A stretch of DNA of 60,671 nucleotides from Actinobacteria bacterium UBA7524. Its GTDB lineage: Bacteria; Actinomycetota; Coriobacteriia; Anaerosomatales; UBA912. The notes under the pieces are model-generated. The model saw only the letters and a program-made list of their open reading frames with translations. It made no database searches and was not told the DNA's origin. Below, one piece after another: positions 28,635-39,331 of the stretch. The position numbers were made by a program, and so were the translations under genes. The number at the start of each line of letters is the position of its first letter. Position 1 is the stretch's first letter. Where the stretch lies: assembly GCA_002478275.1 (NCBI GenBank), contig DLMY01000054.1, positions 1 to 60,671 of the forward strand, in the 5' to 3' direction.

Positions 28635-29000
28635 ATGGGCAAGCAGGCCAACCCGCCCGTATGCGAAGTCGAGTGCGTGCACGCCGACAAGGTTGATGCG
28701 CTGCGCCCCGTCGTCGGTGGGCTCAATGGCGTCGGCGAGACGGTGGCGAACCTTGCCGACGATACCCGCTTCAAAGTGCTGTACGCCCTGAGCCAGTCCG
28801 AGCTCTGCGTCTGCGACGTTGCCGCGGTCGTGGGCGCAACGACGGCAGCCGCGTCGTATCACCTGCGCTTGCTCTATCGCACGGGACTCGTCGACTACCG
28901 CCGCGACGGGAGACTGGTCTACTATCGGCTGTCAGAGGACAGGATGCGCCCCGTCCTTGAGGCGATCAAGTCATACGTGCTCACTGCGCAGGTGCCCTAA
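28635..29000 (+). CDS. cadC: ArsR/SmtB (CadC-like) metalloregulator
   Basis: N-terminal CxxxC, LADDTR, ELCVCD and SYHLRLL. Confidence 0.9.
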   Translation: MGKQANPPVCEVECVHADKVDALRPVVGGLNGVGETVANLADDTRFKVLYALSQSELCVCDVAAVVGATTAAASYHLRLLYRTGLVDYRRDGRLVYYRLSEDRMRPVLEAIKSYVLTAQVP

Positions 29001-29043
29001 GCACCAGCGCAGACATGCCGGGCACTGCATACCCTCACGCAGA

Positions 29044-30075
29044 TCAGCGCGGTCCTCGGCCGACGTCAGGAGAGCGTACGAGTCTCGCAAACAACACCGT
29101 CCCGGCGAGGAACATCGGGTAGTAGACGCACGCGCGCCATCCGAGTGCTGCCGCTGCTGCCGACTGCGATCCCACGAGTGGGCCGAAGACCGTCACGATA
29201 GCCGCCTGCGCAACACCCTCTCCGCTCGGCGCCGGGGTGATCGAGGAGATGATCCACACGGCAACAAGCCCTGCGAGAAGCGTTCCCGGGATTGTTGCTC
29301 CGGTGCTTGCGAACAGCAAGGGAATGGCCGCGAGCTGACTGAAGCGCGAGACAGCGAAGACTATTAGTGCTCCGATCATCGACCCGGGGCGTCGTCCAAA
29401 CTCAGTGAACGTCTCGGCGAATCGTCCGATGTACGCCGGCGCGACGTCTGCGGCCTTGCTCAGCCACTCCAGACCGCTTTGTTCGCCGAGCCGGGACAGC
29501 AGACTCGCGAGACGCTCACCTGAGCGAGTTGGACTCTTTGTGATCACGATCATCAGGAGCACGGCCATGCTCGGTAGCACGACGATGAACACGGCGGCCC
29601 GAGGAAGCCCTGATATGCCCGGCAGCACGAGAGCGGCGGACAGCGTCATGCCGGTGAAGAACGTCGCGGCGACCGCAGAACGGGCGACAACCAGCGCGGC
29701 GGCATTCTCAATCGACACCTTCTCGCGCGTGAGCGCCCAGAGCCACGCGGGCGCTCCGCCGATCGCATACGGAGTGACCGCCCCGACGAAGTTGCCAGCG
29801 ACGTAGGCGCGCGTCATGCGTAGTGCCGTTCGAGGCCGAGGATCGCCAGCGATTATCGCAAGCACAGTGCCTTCGGCCACCATACTGATAGCCCCCAGCA
29901 TCACCGCACCAGCGACCGCCCACCAGGGAGTCGCGAGCAAGGCGTCGACGACGCCGTCGCGACCCGCTAGGACGGTGGTCACCGTGGCAGCAAGCGCCGC
30001 CACGGTGACCACCCCGATTCGCGCCACTCGCTGCTGGTGGCCGACGGAGAGCTTCGTGCCGTACCGCTGTCTCAC
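29044..30075 (-). CDS. lysylphosphatidylglycerol-synthase TM-domain (flippase-like) protein
   Basis: GNFVGAVTPYAIGG, TPAPSGEGVAQ and WRACVYY; polytopic; GTGA overlap with the radical SAM gene. Confidence 0.8.
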   Translation of the reverse strand: MRQRYGTKLSVGHQQRVARIGVVTVAALAATVTTVLAGRDGVVDALLATPWWAVAGAVMLGAISMVAEGTVLAIIAGDPRPRTALRMTRAYVAGNFVGAVTPYAIGGAPAWLWALTREKVSIENAAALVVARSAVAATFFTGMTLSAALVLPGISGLPRAAVFIVVLPSMAVLLMIVITKSPTRSGERLASLLSRLGEQSGLEWLSKAADVAPAYIGRFAETFTEFGRRPGSMIGALIVFAVSRFSQLAAIPLLFASTGATIPGTLLAGLVAVWIISSITPAPSGEGVAQAAIVTVFGPLVGSQSAAAAALGWRACVYYPMFLAGTVLFARLVRSPDVGRGPR

Positions 30076-31496
30076 TGTCTGGCGTTCGGGGTGCAGGTCT
30101 TCTCGGCGACACAGGGTGGCGCTTGAGACGACCCTCGACCGACGTCCTCCCATGCGGTATCGGCGATACGCCGATACGACTCGGCATAGTCGTCAAGCGC
30201 AGGAGCGAATTCGTCCAGCAGCCGGCGTGCTTGCGGATGAGTGGGGTAGGCGCCATGTGAAGCGACCACGTCACGCAGCACGTCGGTATTGTCGATGATC
30301 ATGCACGGACGCAGCAGGTTGTCGCTGTAGGGCTGACGCGAGCGTATGGCTTGGAAGAGCGGGCTGTTGAGCGCCTGGGCAAGCGGTACATGCTTGATGT
30401 TGTCCGTAGCGAAGTGCGCGAAGATGCACGGCTCCACATCGCCGTTCGCGTTGACGTGGAAGTATTGCCGTCCTCCCGCGATGCATCCTCCTACATACGG
30501 CGCGTCGTTCCAGAAGTCGATAACGAAGACCTCTTTGTTCATGCGGATCCACTGCGCGCCGCGTTGCCTGAGAAGTTCCCGCTGCTCCGGCGTCGGCATG
30601 AGTGAGAGGTCGGCGTCTTCGCCGACGGGCATGTAAAGGAAATGCCAACCCCAGAGGCATCCTTCGTCCACCAGCATGTCGATGAACTCATCGGCGATCA
30701 TGTCCTCACAGTTCGCCGAGGTTATCATCGAGGAGAATCCGAAGGGCACGCCTGCCGCCCTGAGATGGCGGAGACCTTCGATCGCACGATCGAACACGCC
30801 GTCGCCGCGTCGGGAGTCGTGCGCCTCCTTCAGGCCATCGACACTGACCGAGATCGAGATGTTGCCGAGCTCTGCAAGCCGGTGCGCGAGCGGCTCGGTC
30901 AAGAGAGTGCCGTTGCTGAATGCCATGAATGCCATATCATCGTGCCTTGCCGCAAGGTCAAGAACGTCAGAGCGCACGAATGGCTCGCCGCCCAGCAGAA
31001 TGATGTTGCTGATGCCGAGATCGTTCGCCTCAGAGAGAACGCGATCCATCACCTCATAAGACAGGTCGTCGTTCTTGGTGTAATCGGCTGCATAGCAGCC
31101 GGTGCAGTGCAGGTTGCAGCGCATCGTCGGACTCATGAGCATGATACTAGGCGGGCGGAAGCCCTGGTCTCGCAGTGCCGCATCTCGTTTCGTACGACCC
31201 CTCCAGGTACCGTTGACGAGCGCGTTGGTGAACAGGCGCGCGCGGCAGTCGGGCGCCGTCTGTCGCAGACCGCGGAGGGCGGTGCGTACCGGAGCCGGCA
31301 GCTCACCGTCGTCTCCTGGTTCGACGTACTTCCTCACGTTCGCGATGACCTGCTTGTGATCCTCGGCCGTCGCTATGCGGTCCGCCAGGTCCACAAGGCG
31401 CGTCAGTTGCTTCTCGGGCTTATCTCCGAGGATCCTCATGGCCTCTTTGACTGCATACTCGGTCGACTTCTGACGCAAGAGCTCTGTTGTTCCCAC
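30072..31496 (-). CDS. radical SAM/SPASM protein, paralogue A
   Basis: CNLHCTGC, LGGEPF and DFWNDAPYVGGCIAGGRQYFHVNANGDVEPCIF; start uncertain. Confidence 0.9.
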   Translation of the reverse strand: MGTTELLRQKSTEYAVKEAMRILGDKPEKQLTRLVDLADRIATAEDHKQVIANVRKYVEPGDDGELPAPVRTALRGLRQTAPDCRARLFTNALVNGTWRGRTKRDAALRDQGFRPPSIMLMSPTMRCNLHCTGCYAADYTKNDDLSYEVMDRVLSEANDLGISNIILLGGEPFVRSDVLDLAARHDDMAFMAFSNGTLLTEPLAHRLAELGNISISVSVDGLKEAHDSRRGDGVFDRAIEGLRHLRAAGVPFGFSSMITSANCEDMIADEFIDMLVDEGCLWGWHFLYMPVGEDADLSLMPTPEQRELLRQRGAQWIRMNKEVFVIDFWNDAPYVGGCIAGGRQYFHVNANGDVEPCIFAHFATDNIKHVPLAQALNSPLFQAIRSRQPYSDNLLRPCMIIDNTDVLRDVVASHGAYPTHPQARRLLDEFAPALDDYAESYRRIADTAWEDVGRGSSQAPPCVAEKTCTPNARQ

Positions 31497-31553
31497 AGTA
31501 CATCGCCTCCGTTTGTCGTGACGGCGCATCCCGGCAGTCTGGACCGCGAGGTC

Positions 31554-34145
31554 CTACCGAGTCGTGCTGGTATGCCCACGCGTTCTCGATCCCGAGATCG
31601 CCTTGTACGCTTCGAACCAGGCCACACCAGCGAATCCGGCGGCCAGAGCGATCAATGATTCGAGCAGTGAGATCTGACCGAAATGGAACGCGCTCCGAGC
31701 TGCTGGCACTGTCAGCAGCGCGAGCAGTAGCGCGCACGTGATGCCGAATATCCAGGGCAGCGTGCGGTTCCTCCTCTCTTTGAATGAACGCCATATCGAC
31801 AACCGCCACGAGCGGTTGATGAGAATCAGCGCGAGGTTGCCCACGACGAGAGTCACGAATGTGAGGGACCGCACCACCTCATCAGGTCTGTGCGCAAGAA
31901 TGCTCCAGAGATAGACGCCAAACACTGCCGCTAGCGTTGATGCGCCCTGGAGGAATGCGATCGTGAGTACTCGCCGTCCAAACATCGGCTCTCCGAGCCC
32001 TCGGGGAGCCAGGGTCATGATGTCCAGATCCACGGGTTCAGCTTCGAAGACCACCGAGCAGGCGGGATCGATGATGAGCTCAAGAAACGCGATCTGTGCC
32101 GGCATCAGCACAAGAGGCCAGTCGGTCACGAACACTGGGATGAGCGACATCCCGGCGATTGGCACATGTACCGCGATAATGTATGACATCGCCTTGCGCA
32201 GATTGTCGAAGATGCCACGGCCCTGGCGTATGCCTCCCGCGATGGAGGAGAAGTCGTCATCGGTGATGACGATGGCTGCCGATTCACGCGCCACATCCGT
32301 ACCGCGTGCGCCCATCGCGATGCCGATATCGGCTGCTCGCAGCGCGGGGGCGTCGTTCACGCCGTCGCCAGTCATGCCGACCACCTCGCCGTTGGTCTTC
32401 AGTGCGCGAATCAGGCGGAGTTTCTGCTCCGGGACCATTCGCGCAAAGACACTGACCGAGCCGATGCGGCGCGCAAGTTCCTCGTCAGACATTGCTTCGA
32501 GTTCCGGACCGGTGATGCACTCGGTCGGGCTCTGAAGGCCGATCTCGCGGGCGATCGCGAGTGCGGTCCCCGGATAGTCGCCGGTGATCATCACCGTGCG
32601 AACGCCAGCGCGCGCGCACTGCACGACCGCATCGGCGACACCGGGTCTGACCGGATCGTGCAGACCGGCAAGCCCAAGGTACTTGAAGTCGAAGTCGTGT
32701 TGCTCGGGAGGCAGACCCTCTTCACGGCTGAAGTACGCCTGCGCTACGCCGAGCACGCGCTGCCCATTGGCGGTTGCCGCCTCGACCTGGGCGGTCAGCC
32801 CTGCGAGCATTCCGGCATCGAAATGGCAAAGGTCGGCTATCGCCTCCGGAGCCCCCTTCGCTGCGATCACGTACTGGTCGCCGTCCGGGGAGCGCCAAAC
32901 GTGCGAGAGCGCCAACAGCCGCTCAGAGAGCGGGTACTCGCGGACAAGGTCCCAGTCGGCATGAAGATGCTCCGTCTCAGCGAGGTACTGTTCGCCGAGC
33001 ACCTTGAAGGCTGTGTCCATCGGGTCGAAGGGATCGACCGGTGAAGCCAGGACGGCGAACTCTGCGATCTGATGGAACCGCTCAGGTAGCGGCCCCTCAC
33101 CGATGCGGAATGCTTCCCCGTCCATGATGAGTTCGCGCACGGTCATCTGGTTCATGGTGAGTGTGCCGGTCTTGTCGACGCAGATGACTGTGGCGGAGCC
33201 GAGTGTCTCGAGCACGGGCGTCCGTCGTGTCAGCACGTGCTTCTGCGAGAGTCGCCAGGCGCCGAGCGCGAGAAACACGGTCAGTACGACCGGGAACTCC
33301 TCTGGAAGCATCGCCATGGCGGTGCCGATGCCCGCAAGCAGTCCCTCGAGCCAATGGCCCCGCGTGAGACCGTAGACCACAACGACAATCACAGCCGCGC
33401 CCAGTCCGAGTGCGGCAATCGTGCGCACGAGGCGGTCGACCTCGCGCTGCAGAGGCGTCCGCTCGGGCTCGATATCGCGTAGCGCAGCACCGATGCGGCC
33501 GAGCTCGGTCGCGATGCCCGTTCCCTTCACCAGTGCGATACCTTGGCCTTTCACCACCAGCGTGCCGGAGAACAGCCATGGCGTGGCATCACCCCCTGGC
33601 CGACCGATCGGCTCCGCGAGTACATCTCGATCGCACTCCGCCTTGCGAACCGGCACCGATTCTCCGGTGAGCGCAGACTCATCGACCGAGAGACTCATGC
33701 ATTCCATCAACACGGCGTCGGCCGGCACACGGTCGCCCTCGGCCAGCAACAGGCAGTCACCGCGTACGACATCACGACCGGGAATCCGTGTGCGCCTGCC
33801 GTCCCGCACCACGAGCGCTCGTGGTGCCGATAGGTCACGCAGCGCGCCCAGTGCATTCTCTGTCTTGTGCTCCTGATAGACCTCGATGCCTATCACGACC
33901 ACCACGAACGACATGAGAATGGCACCATCGAACGGCTCGGCTAGCAGGAAGTTCACAGTCCCTGCGCCCAGAAGCAGCAGCAACATCGGCTCACGGATGA
34001 CGTCCCACGCCTGTCGCAGCAGGGTACGTTTCCTCGCGGTCGGCAACTCGTTGGGGCCGTCTATGCTGAGCACTTCCGCCGCCTCGGCGGACGTCAGTCC
34101 GACAAGCCCGATGTCCTGCAGTCCTGTCAATGTGCATCCCCCCAT
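31554..34145 (-). CDS. type II cation-transporting P-type ATPase
   Basis: LTGES, PEEFP, DKTGTLT, KGAPE, TGD and GDGVNDAPAL. Confidence 0.92.
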   Translation of the reverse strand: MGGCTLTGLQDIGLVGLTSAEAAEVLSIDGPNELPTARKRTLLRQAWDVIREPMLLLLLGAGTVNFLLAEPFDGAILMSFVVVVIGIEVYQEHKTENALGALRDLSAPRALVVRDGRRTRIPGRDVVRGDCLLLAEGDRVPADAVLMECMSLSVDESALTGESVPVRKAECDRDVLAEPIGRPGGDATPWLFSGTLVVKGQGIALVKGTGIATELGRIGAALRDIEPERTPLQREVDRLVRTIAALGLGAAVIVVVVYGLTRGHWLEGLLAGIGTAMAMLPEEFPVVLTVFLALGAWRLSQKHVLTRRTPVLETLGSATVICVDKTGTLTMNQMTVRELIMDGEAFRIGEGPLPERFHQIAEFAVLASPVDPFDPMDTAFKVLGEQYLAETEHLHADWDLVREYPLSERLLALSHVWRSPDGDQYVIAAKGAPEAIADLCHFDAGMLAGLTAQVEAATANGQRVLGVAQAYFSREEGLPPEQHDFDFKYLGLAGLHDPVRPGVADAVVQCARAGVRTVMITGDYPGTALAIAREIGLQSPTECITGPELEAMSDEELARRIGSVSVFARMVPEQKLRLIRALKTNGEVVGMTGDGVNDAPALRAADIGIAMGARGTDVARESAAIVITDDDFSSIAGGIRQGRGIFDNLRKAMSYIIAVHVPIAGMSLIPVFVTDWPLVLMPAQIAFLELIIDPACSVVFEAEPVDLDIMTLAPRGLGEPMFGRRVLTIAFLQGASTLAAVFGVYLWSILAHRPDEVVRSLTFVTLVVGNLALILINRSWRLSIWRSFKERRNRTLPWIFGITCALLLALLTVPAARSAFHFGQISLLESLIALAAGFAGVAWFEAYKAISGSRTRGHTSTTR

Positions 34146-34170
34146 CGCAGAGAACCACCAAGCGCCCCAC

Positions 34171-35478
34171 TCATGATGTCTCGGTCAGCGCCGGGACACG
34201 CAGTCCAGGAAGCGTCATGAACAGTGCGGCCGAGAGGATCGCACCGACAGCTCCTAGCGCGAACGGTGCCCATGGGCCGACCGTGTCCCACAGAAGCCCG
34301 GCAAGAGCACTCGCGACGAGAGTCGTGATGCCGGTGACGGTGCCGAGAAGGCCGATGGAGGTGGCTCTCAGCTCTTGAGGCACGAGGTCGATTGCGAACG
34401 CCTTGCCGACACCGTCAGTTGCGGCGATGTAGAGTCCGTACACCGCGAATAGCGCGACGACTTGCCACGTCTCGGTGACGAATGCAAACCCAACGTAGAC
34501 CGCCGCAAAGACGAGCATTCCGCCCACAAGGACGAAGCGGCGATCGAGTCTATCGGAGAGATGACCAAACGGCAGACTCGCAAGCGCGTATACGAGGTTG
34601 TACAACGTGTAGACGAGCACGACGGCGGTCGTCGTGAAGCCTAGCTGCTTCGCACGCAGAATCAAGAACACATCGCTCGAGTTGACGAGCACGAAAGGCA
34701 GCCATGCCACAAGATAGAGCCGGAAGCGCGATGGGATGGACGACCAGCGCAGCGGCTCACGTTTCTCCGCGACGGAGCGTGTATCCACTGCGGGCTCAAC
34801 GATGGCGGGGTAGCGCCTCCGGCGGGCTGGGTCAGATACGGACAGAACCAGCAACGCTCCAATCAGACCGGGCACCACGGCCAGACCGATAACCTTGCGC
34901 AGATCCCCGTCGGCCGTCGAGAGCAGTACGAGTGCCAGCAACGGACCGACGACTGCGCCGAGCGTGTCCATGGTTCGATGCCAGCCGAAGGCCGCGCCAC
35001 ACACTGCCGGATCGGTGCTATCGGCAAGTATCGCGTCACGCGGAGCGGACCGGAAGCCCTTCCCGGTCCGGTCGAGGAGTCTTGCCACGAGCACAAGGGG
35101 CCACGTGTGAGAGAACGCGATCAGCAGCTTGGCGAGTGCCGACAGCGTGTATCCGCCGAAGACCAGCTCGATGCGTCGCCCCGTCCGGTCGGCGATGCGG
35201 CCGGACACGGTCTTGAGGATGGATGCGGTCGCCTCAGCCGCACCTTCGATGATGCCGACGATCGATGCGGGGGCGCCGAGCACGCTTGTGAGAAAGATCG
35301 GCATGAGCGGGTAGAGCATCTCAGAGGACACGTCGGCGAAGAAGGAGACGAGCCCGAGCCGCAGTACGTTCGGCGAGAGCGCGCGACGCCACGCGGGCCG
35401 AGTGTCTGGTTCGATCGCATCCGCCGGGGAGATCTCGCAGGTCTGGGGTTCAAGATCATCGTCTTGTGGACTAGGCAT
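34171..35478 (-). CDS. MFS transporter
   Basis: GRIADRTGRR and GHLSDRLDRR motif-A repeats; multiple TM segments. Confidence 0.9.
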   Translation of the reverse strand: MPSPQDDDLEPQTCEISPADAIEPDTRPAWRRALSPNVLRLGLVSFFADVSSEMLYPLMPIFLTSVLGAPASIVGIIEGAAEATASILKTVSGRIADRTGRRIELVFGGYTLSALAKLLIAFSHTWPLVLVARLLDRTGKGFRSAPRDAILADSTDPAVCGAAFGWHRTMDTLGAVVGPLLALVLLSTADGDLRKVIGLAVVPGLIGALLVLSVSDPARRRRYPAIVEPAVDTRSVAEKREPLRWSSIPSRFRLYLVAWLPFVLVNSSDVFLILRAKQLGFTTTAVVLVYTLYNLVYALASLPFGHLSDRLDRRFVLVGGMLVFAAVYVGFAFVTETWQVVALFAVYGLYIAATDGVGKAFAIDLVPQELRATSIGLLGTVTGITTLVASALAGLLWDTVGPWAPFALGAVGAILSAALFMTLPGLRVPALTETS

Positions 35479-37915
35479 CCGCGCGCACCTCGATCATCTG
35501 CGGGGCACGTGAGCTGACGTGCTTGCGCACCTCGAGCAAGGACATCCACGCAACGACGAGCAGCGGTGTGATGAGTGCCGTTCTGATCGGCAGCGCTGAG
35601 AGATCGAGCCGCAACGCGATTCCAGGTATCCCGAAGCTGACGACGAGGAATACCGCGGTCGCGAGTGCCCAGATGTTGACCACCTTGTTGGAGAAGACCC
35701 CGACGCTTGCGAGTGGCTGGCGGTCTGAGCGTGACACGAAGGCGAGGGCGACGTGTCCCACCATCCAGGCGAGGAAGGCGAGTGAGCTCTGCTGGTCGAC
35801 GGACATGCCGCTCGTCTGGGCATACCCGTACGCGGCGAATACGGGCATGAAGAGGAATGCACTCTTGAGGAAGAGGTCTTTGAGCTGCGGTCCGTCCAAG
35901 ATGTTCGTGGTCATGGTCTCAGGGCGACGTGTGCGGATGTCGCCCTCGGCCGGCTCGGCCACGAAGCCCGCCGAGGCGGCAAGGTCCATGAACAACTCCA
36001 AGAGGATGATCTGCACCGGTGAAAAGGGCAGCGGAAGACCGAACACGGCCGGGAGCAGGAAGACGAGGATCAGCGCGGCCTTCACTGACAGGTAGTACTT
36101 CACGCCTTTGCGGAGGTTGTCGTGGAAGCTGCGTCCCTCGAACACCGCATGTGCGATCGTTGCGTAGTCATCGTCAGCCAGTACGGCATCTGCCGCCTCC
36201 TTGGCGACGTCGGTGCCACGGACTCCCATGGCGATGCCGATGTCTGCGGCCTTGATCGCCAGTGCGTCGTTGATGCCGTCACCGGTGACGGCGACGCTCA
36301 GGCCAGCACGCTGTAGCGCAGCGACGATACGATACTTGTGCTGTGCTGTGGTTCGCGCGAAGACACTCACGTGCCTGACGCACTCGCCGAGCGCCTGATC
36401 GTCCATCGCGTTCAGCGCATCGCCGGTGACGACGGCCGGGGCCCCGTCGCCGATGCCCGCCTTGAAGGCGATCGCGGCGGCGGTTGCGGGATGGTCGCCG
36501 GTCACCATGATGGTCCGGACGCCAGCGTCTTTCATGGCTGTGATCGCCCCGGGCACCTCGGGACGGAGGGGGTCGGAGAACGTCAACAGCGCAACGAACC
36601 CTAGATCTCGTTCGAGCTCTTCGAACGGTACATCCGCGTTCTCGTCGGTGACCATCGCCAGCGCGACGGCGATGAGACGGCTTCCCTTGGCGGTCTCCGT
36701 ATCAAGGGTATCCCGAACGCTGTCCGGCACGAACGCACACCGTTCGAACACCTGCTCGGGTGCCCCGCTCACAAGGAGCGTGCCGTCTTCTCGCAGCACC
36801 GCTCTGGTCTTGCTGCCTTCGCCAAGGTCGCGTTTGCGCACGATCCCGCGAGTGTCGAGCGACACGCCGAGTGCCTCGGCATGTCGCATGAGCGCGAGAT
36901 CTATAGGTGTTGCGTCGATCGCAGAGACTGCGCCCAACGCGGCGGCCACGGCGTCTTCATCGGTGAGAAGTGAGGAGATGCCGGTGAGCGTCATGCGACT
37001 CTGTGTCAATGTCCCGGTCTTGTCGGTGACGATGACATTCACGCTGCCCATACTCTCGGCGGCCGCGAGGCGTCTGACGAGAAAACCCTTCTTGGACAGC
37101 CGATAGGATCCTAGGCCGAGCACCATCGTTATGATGATCGGCATCTCCTCTGGGATGGTGGCGAAGGACAATGACAAACCAATGAGAAGCATTTCATCGA
37201 GTGGTCTGCCCTGCAGCACGCCGATGAGCGGAATCGCGACCGAGAAGGCCACGGCGACCCAGACAAGTCTGCCCGAGAGGTCCTTCATCGCCTTCTGCAG
37301 CGGCGTCTTCGGAGACCTCACGGTCTCGAGGCCCTCGGCGAGCGTGCCGAGCCTCGTCGCTTTGCCCGTGGCGCTGACTTCGGCGATGCCGTCTCCAGCG
37401 ATCACCACGGTTCCTGCGTACACCTCATCGCCCACGGCCTTCTCGGCGGGGAAGGACTCGCCGGTGATGGAGGCCTCATCGATGTGGACACCGACGGTGT
37501 CAAGCATCGTGGCGTCGGCAGCCGTCTTCGTGCCTGGAGCGAGTATGAGCAGGTCGCCAGGTACGATGGCAGCGGCGTCGACCTGAACCGCAAGGCCATC
37601 TCGCATCACGGTGGCCCTGGGACTCGTGATCTCCGACAGGCGCTGGATGGCCTTCTTGGCGCGGTACTCGTTCTGCACTTCGGCCAGGGCGAGGAGGAGG
37701 ATGACCGCAAAGATGGTTATCGCGTCGCCTGGCTCGCCCAGCAAGGAGTACAGGACGCCGACGACAAGCAGGAGCAGGATCATCGGCTCCCGTAGCTCCT
37801 CCCAAAGGATGTCCCAGAAGGTGATGCCCGAGGGGGAGATGATGACATTGGGTCCCGCGACGCTAAGTCGTTGTGATGCCTCGTTCGACGTCAGGCCGTC
37901 GTAGTGCGTGCGCAT
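35471..37915 (-). CDS. type II cation-transporting P-type ATPase
   Basis: ITGES, PEEMP, DKTGTLT, TGD and GDGINDALA. Confidence 0.92.
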   Translation of the reverse strand: MRTHYDGLTSNEASQRLSVAGPNVIISPSGITFWDILWEELREPMILLLLVVGVLYSLLGEPGDAITIFAVILLLALAEVQNEYRAKKAIQRLSEITSPRATVMRDGLAVQVDAAAIVPGDLLILAPGTKTAADATMLDTVGVHIDEASITGESFPAEKAVGDEVYAGTVVIAGDGIAEVSATGKATRLGTLAEGLETVRSPKTPLQKAMKDLSGRLVWVAVAFSVAIPLIGVLQGRPLDEMLLIGLSLSFATIPEEMPIIITMVLGLGSYRLSKKGFLVRRLAAAESMGSVNVIVTDKTGTLTQSRMTLTGISSLLTDEDAVAAALGAVSAIDATPIDLALMRHAEALGVSLDTRGIVRKRDLGEGSKTRAVLREDGTLLVSGAPEQVFERCAFVPDSVRDTLDTETAKGSRLIAVALAMVTDENADVPFEELERDLGFVALLTFSDPLRPEVPGAITAMKDAGVRTIMVTGDHPATAAAIAFKAGIGDGAPAVVTGDALNAMDDQALGECVRHVSVFARTTAQHKYRIVAALQRAGLSVAVTGDGINDALAIKAADIGIAMGVRGTDVAKEAADAVLADDDYATIAHAVFEGRSFHDNLRKGVKYYLSVKAALILVFLLPAVFGLPLPFSPVQIILLELFMDLAASAGFVAEPAEGDIRTRRPETMTTNILDGPQLKDLFLKSAFLFMPVFAAYGYAQTSGMSVDQQSSLAFLAWMVGHVALAFVSRSDRQPLASVGVFSNKVVNIWALATAVFLVVSFGIPGIALRLDLSALPIRTALITPLLVVAWMSLLEVRKHVSSRAPQMIEVRADA

Positions 37916-37963
37916 ATAGGATCAGCTCCGAGTGTTCGCGTGAGGATCGTCGAGTGGCAGGAC

Positions 37964-38758
37964 CTACCACTCGACCTCGAGTTCCAGCTTGCGCTTGCCA
38001 TTTCGATCCAGGTACTTGACCTCAAGCACCGCAGACGGCGGCAACGTACCGACTTGTGTCTCGTTGACAGCGAGCTGGTCGTGCTCCAGTTCATCGACGA
38101 TCTGATGCAGGCGCTCGATGATGTCAGCTCGCGCGAGAACGTCGCGCTTCTTGATCTTCACTGCTGGAGCTGCATCCTCGGGGGTGGCCGCCCCCTCCTG
38201 TGAACCGCTCTCTACGTTCGGCGCGAGCGTGGGCACTGACGAGGACTCCTCGAGACATGCTTGCGCCCGGTGCAGCAGTTCAAGCACTCTCGTGCGCTGC
38301 GCCGCGGCGAAGTAGTCTCGGGAGGTGATCGCCTCGAATAGTGCGCGAGCGCGATCGAGGTCGCCGCGGGCGTCCTCGATCTCGCTTTCATCGAAGGTGC
38401 CGCGTGCGACCTTCCGGCCGATGTGACTGATGATCTCCTCCAGGTCTTCGGCGACCTCGGCGTACTCTTCGTCACGAAGTCGGTCGAGTTCTGCGACGAA
38501 CTGCGCTTCCTTCTCGGGGTCGATGGACGGAATCTCGAGGATCGTGCCCTCGCCGCCACCTTGCTCAACTTGTCGCATGAGTTGCGAGAGACCAAGGCGC
38601 ACCTCGGGAGTATCTGGGAACAGATACGTCGACTGCTGGATGGCCAATCCGCCGAGTTCCTTGGCCTGTCTCCACACCCCCACGCGCAGTGTCGACGGCT
38701 TGGTCGGTACGCGGTAGATGGCGGTGAGCCACGCTTGGCCGATGGGGCGCTTAGACAT
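37964..38758 (-). CDS. ChrB-N-like protein fused to a C-terminal amphi-Trp-like domain
   Basis: YRVPTKPSTLRVGVWR...LAIQQS and RDYF (ChrB-like); ends KLELEVEW. Confidence 0.7.
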   Translation of the reverse strand: MSKRPIGQAWLTAIYRVPTKPSTLRVGVWRQAKELGGLAIQQSTYLFPDTPEVRLGLSQLMRQVEQGGGEGTILEIPSIDPEKEAQFVAELDRLRDEEYAEVAEDLEEIISHIGRKVARGTFDESEIEDARGDLDRARALFEAITSRDYFAAAQRTRVLELLHRAQACLEESSSVPTLAPNVESGSQEGAATPEDAAPAVKIKKRDVLARADIIERLHQIVDELEHDQLAVNETQVGTLPPSAVLEVKYLDRNGKRKLELEVEW

Positions 38759-38780
38759 CACAGTCTCCAAGTCTCAGGGA

Positions 38781-38832
38781 TACAACATGTGTTGTACCAG
38801 CATGTGTTGCATTCTGCAAGTGTTGTGTTGCA
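38781..38832. promoter_or_regulatory. candidate operator upstream of the ChrB-like operon
   Basis: palindrome tacaaca-tg-tgttgta plus further tgtgttg repeats. Confidence 0.55.
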
Positions 38833-39331
38833 GTAGGGTCCTTGAACACTTCAGCCCGCGCTGTCTACAGCGATCTTCTGCCGGATGGTTCAGAGCGACG
38901 CGCGAGAGAGCCGCACGATGAACGGCACCTGGTGGAGACCATCAGACAACAGACCGGCGACAAAGCGAGCGTGGCCGCTAGGTGGCGGCGGTGCGGCGCC
39001 TTCTCGCTGGCCACGGCGTTGCCACGATTGACGAGAGGCGGGCGTCGCCTACCGGGAACATCCAGGCACATGTCTGAGCGGCGGCCAAGGGTCGCGGAGC
39101 GGTGCGGAATCGGTCACTGAGAGACTGGCGACAGTGATGGGCAAGCTCGCGCGCCACTCCAGGCGAGGACGGGGAGCTACACGCCTAAATGAGCATCGAG
39201 GAGGCGACAGCGGGTGGAGTTCATCTGCGCGATGCACAATCGGAGTAAGTCGCTTCGGACGACGGAGTGCTGCACCTCAGACTTGAACTCCGGCGGTCCC
39301 TCGCCCGAGTTGTCACGGCTCCTTGACAGCA

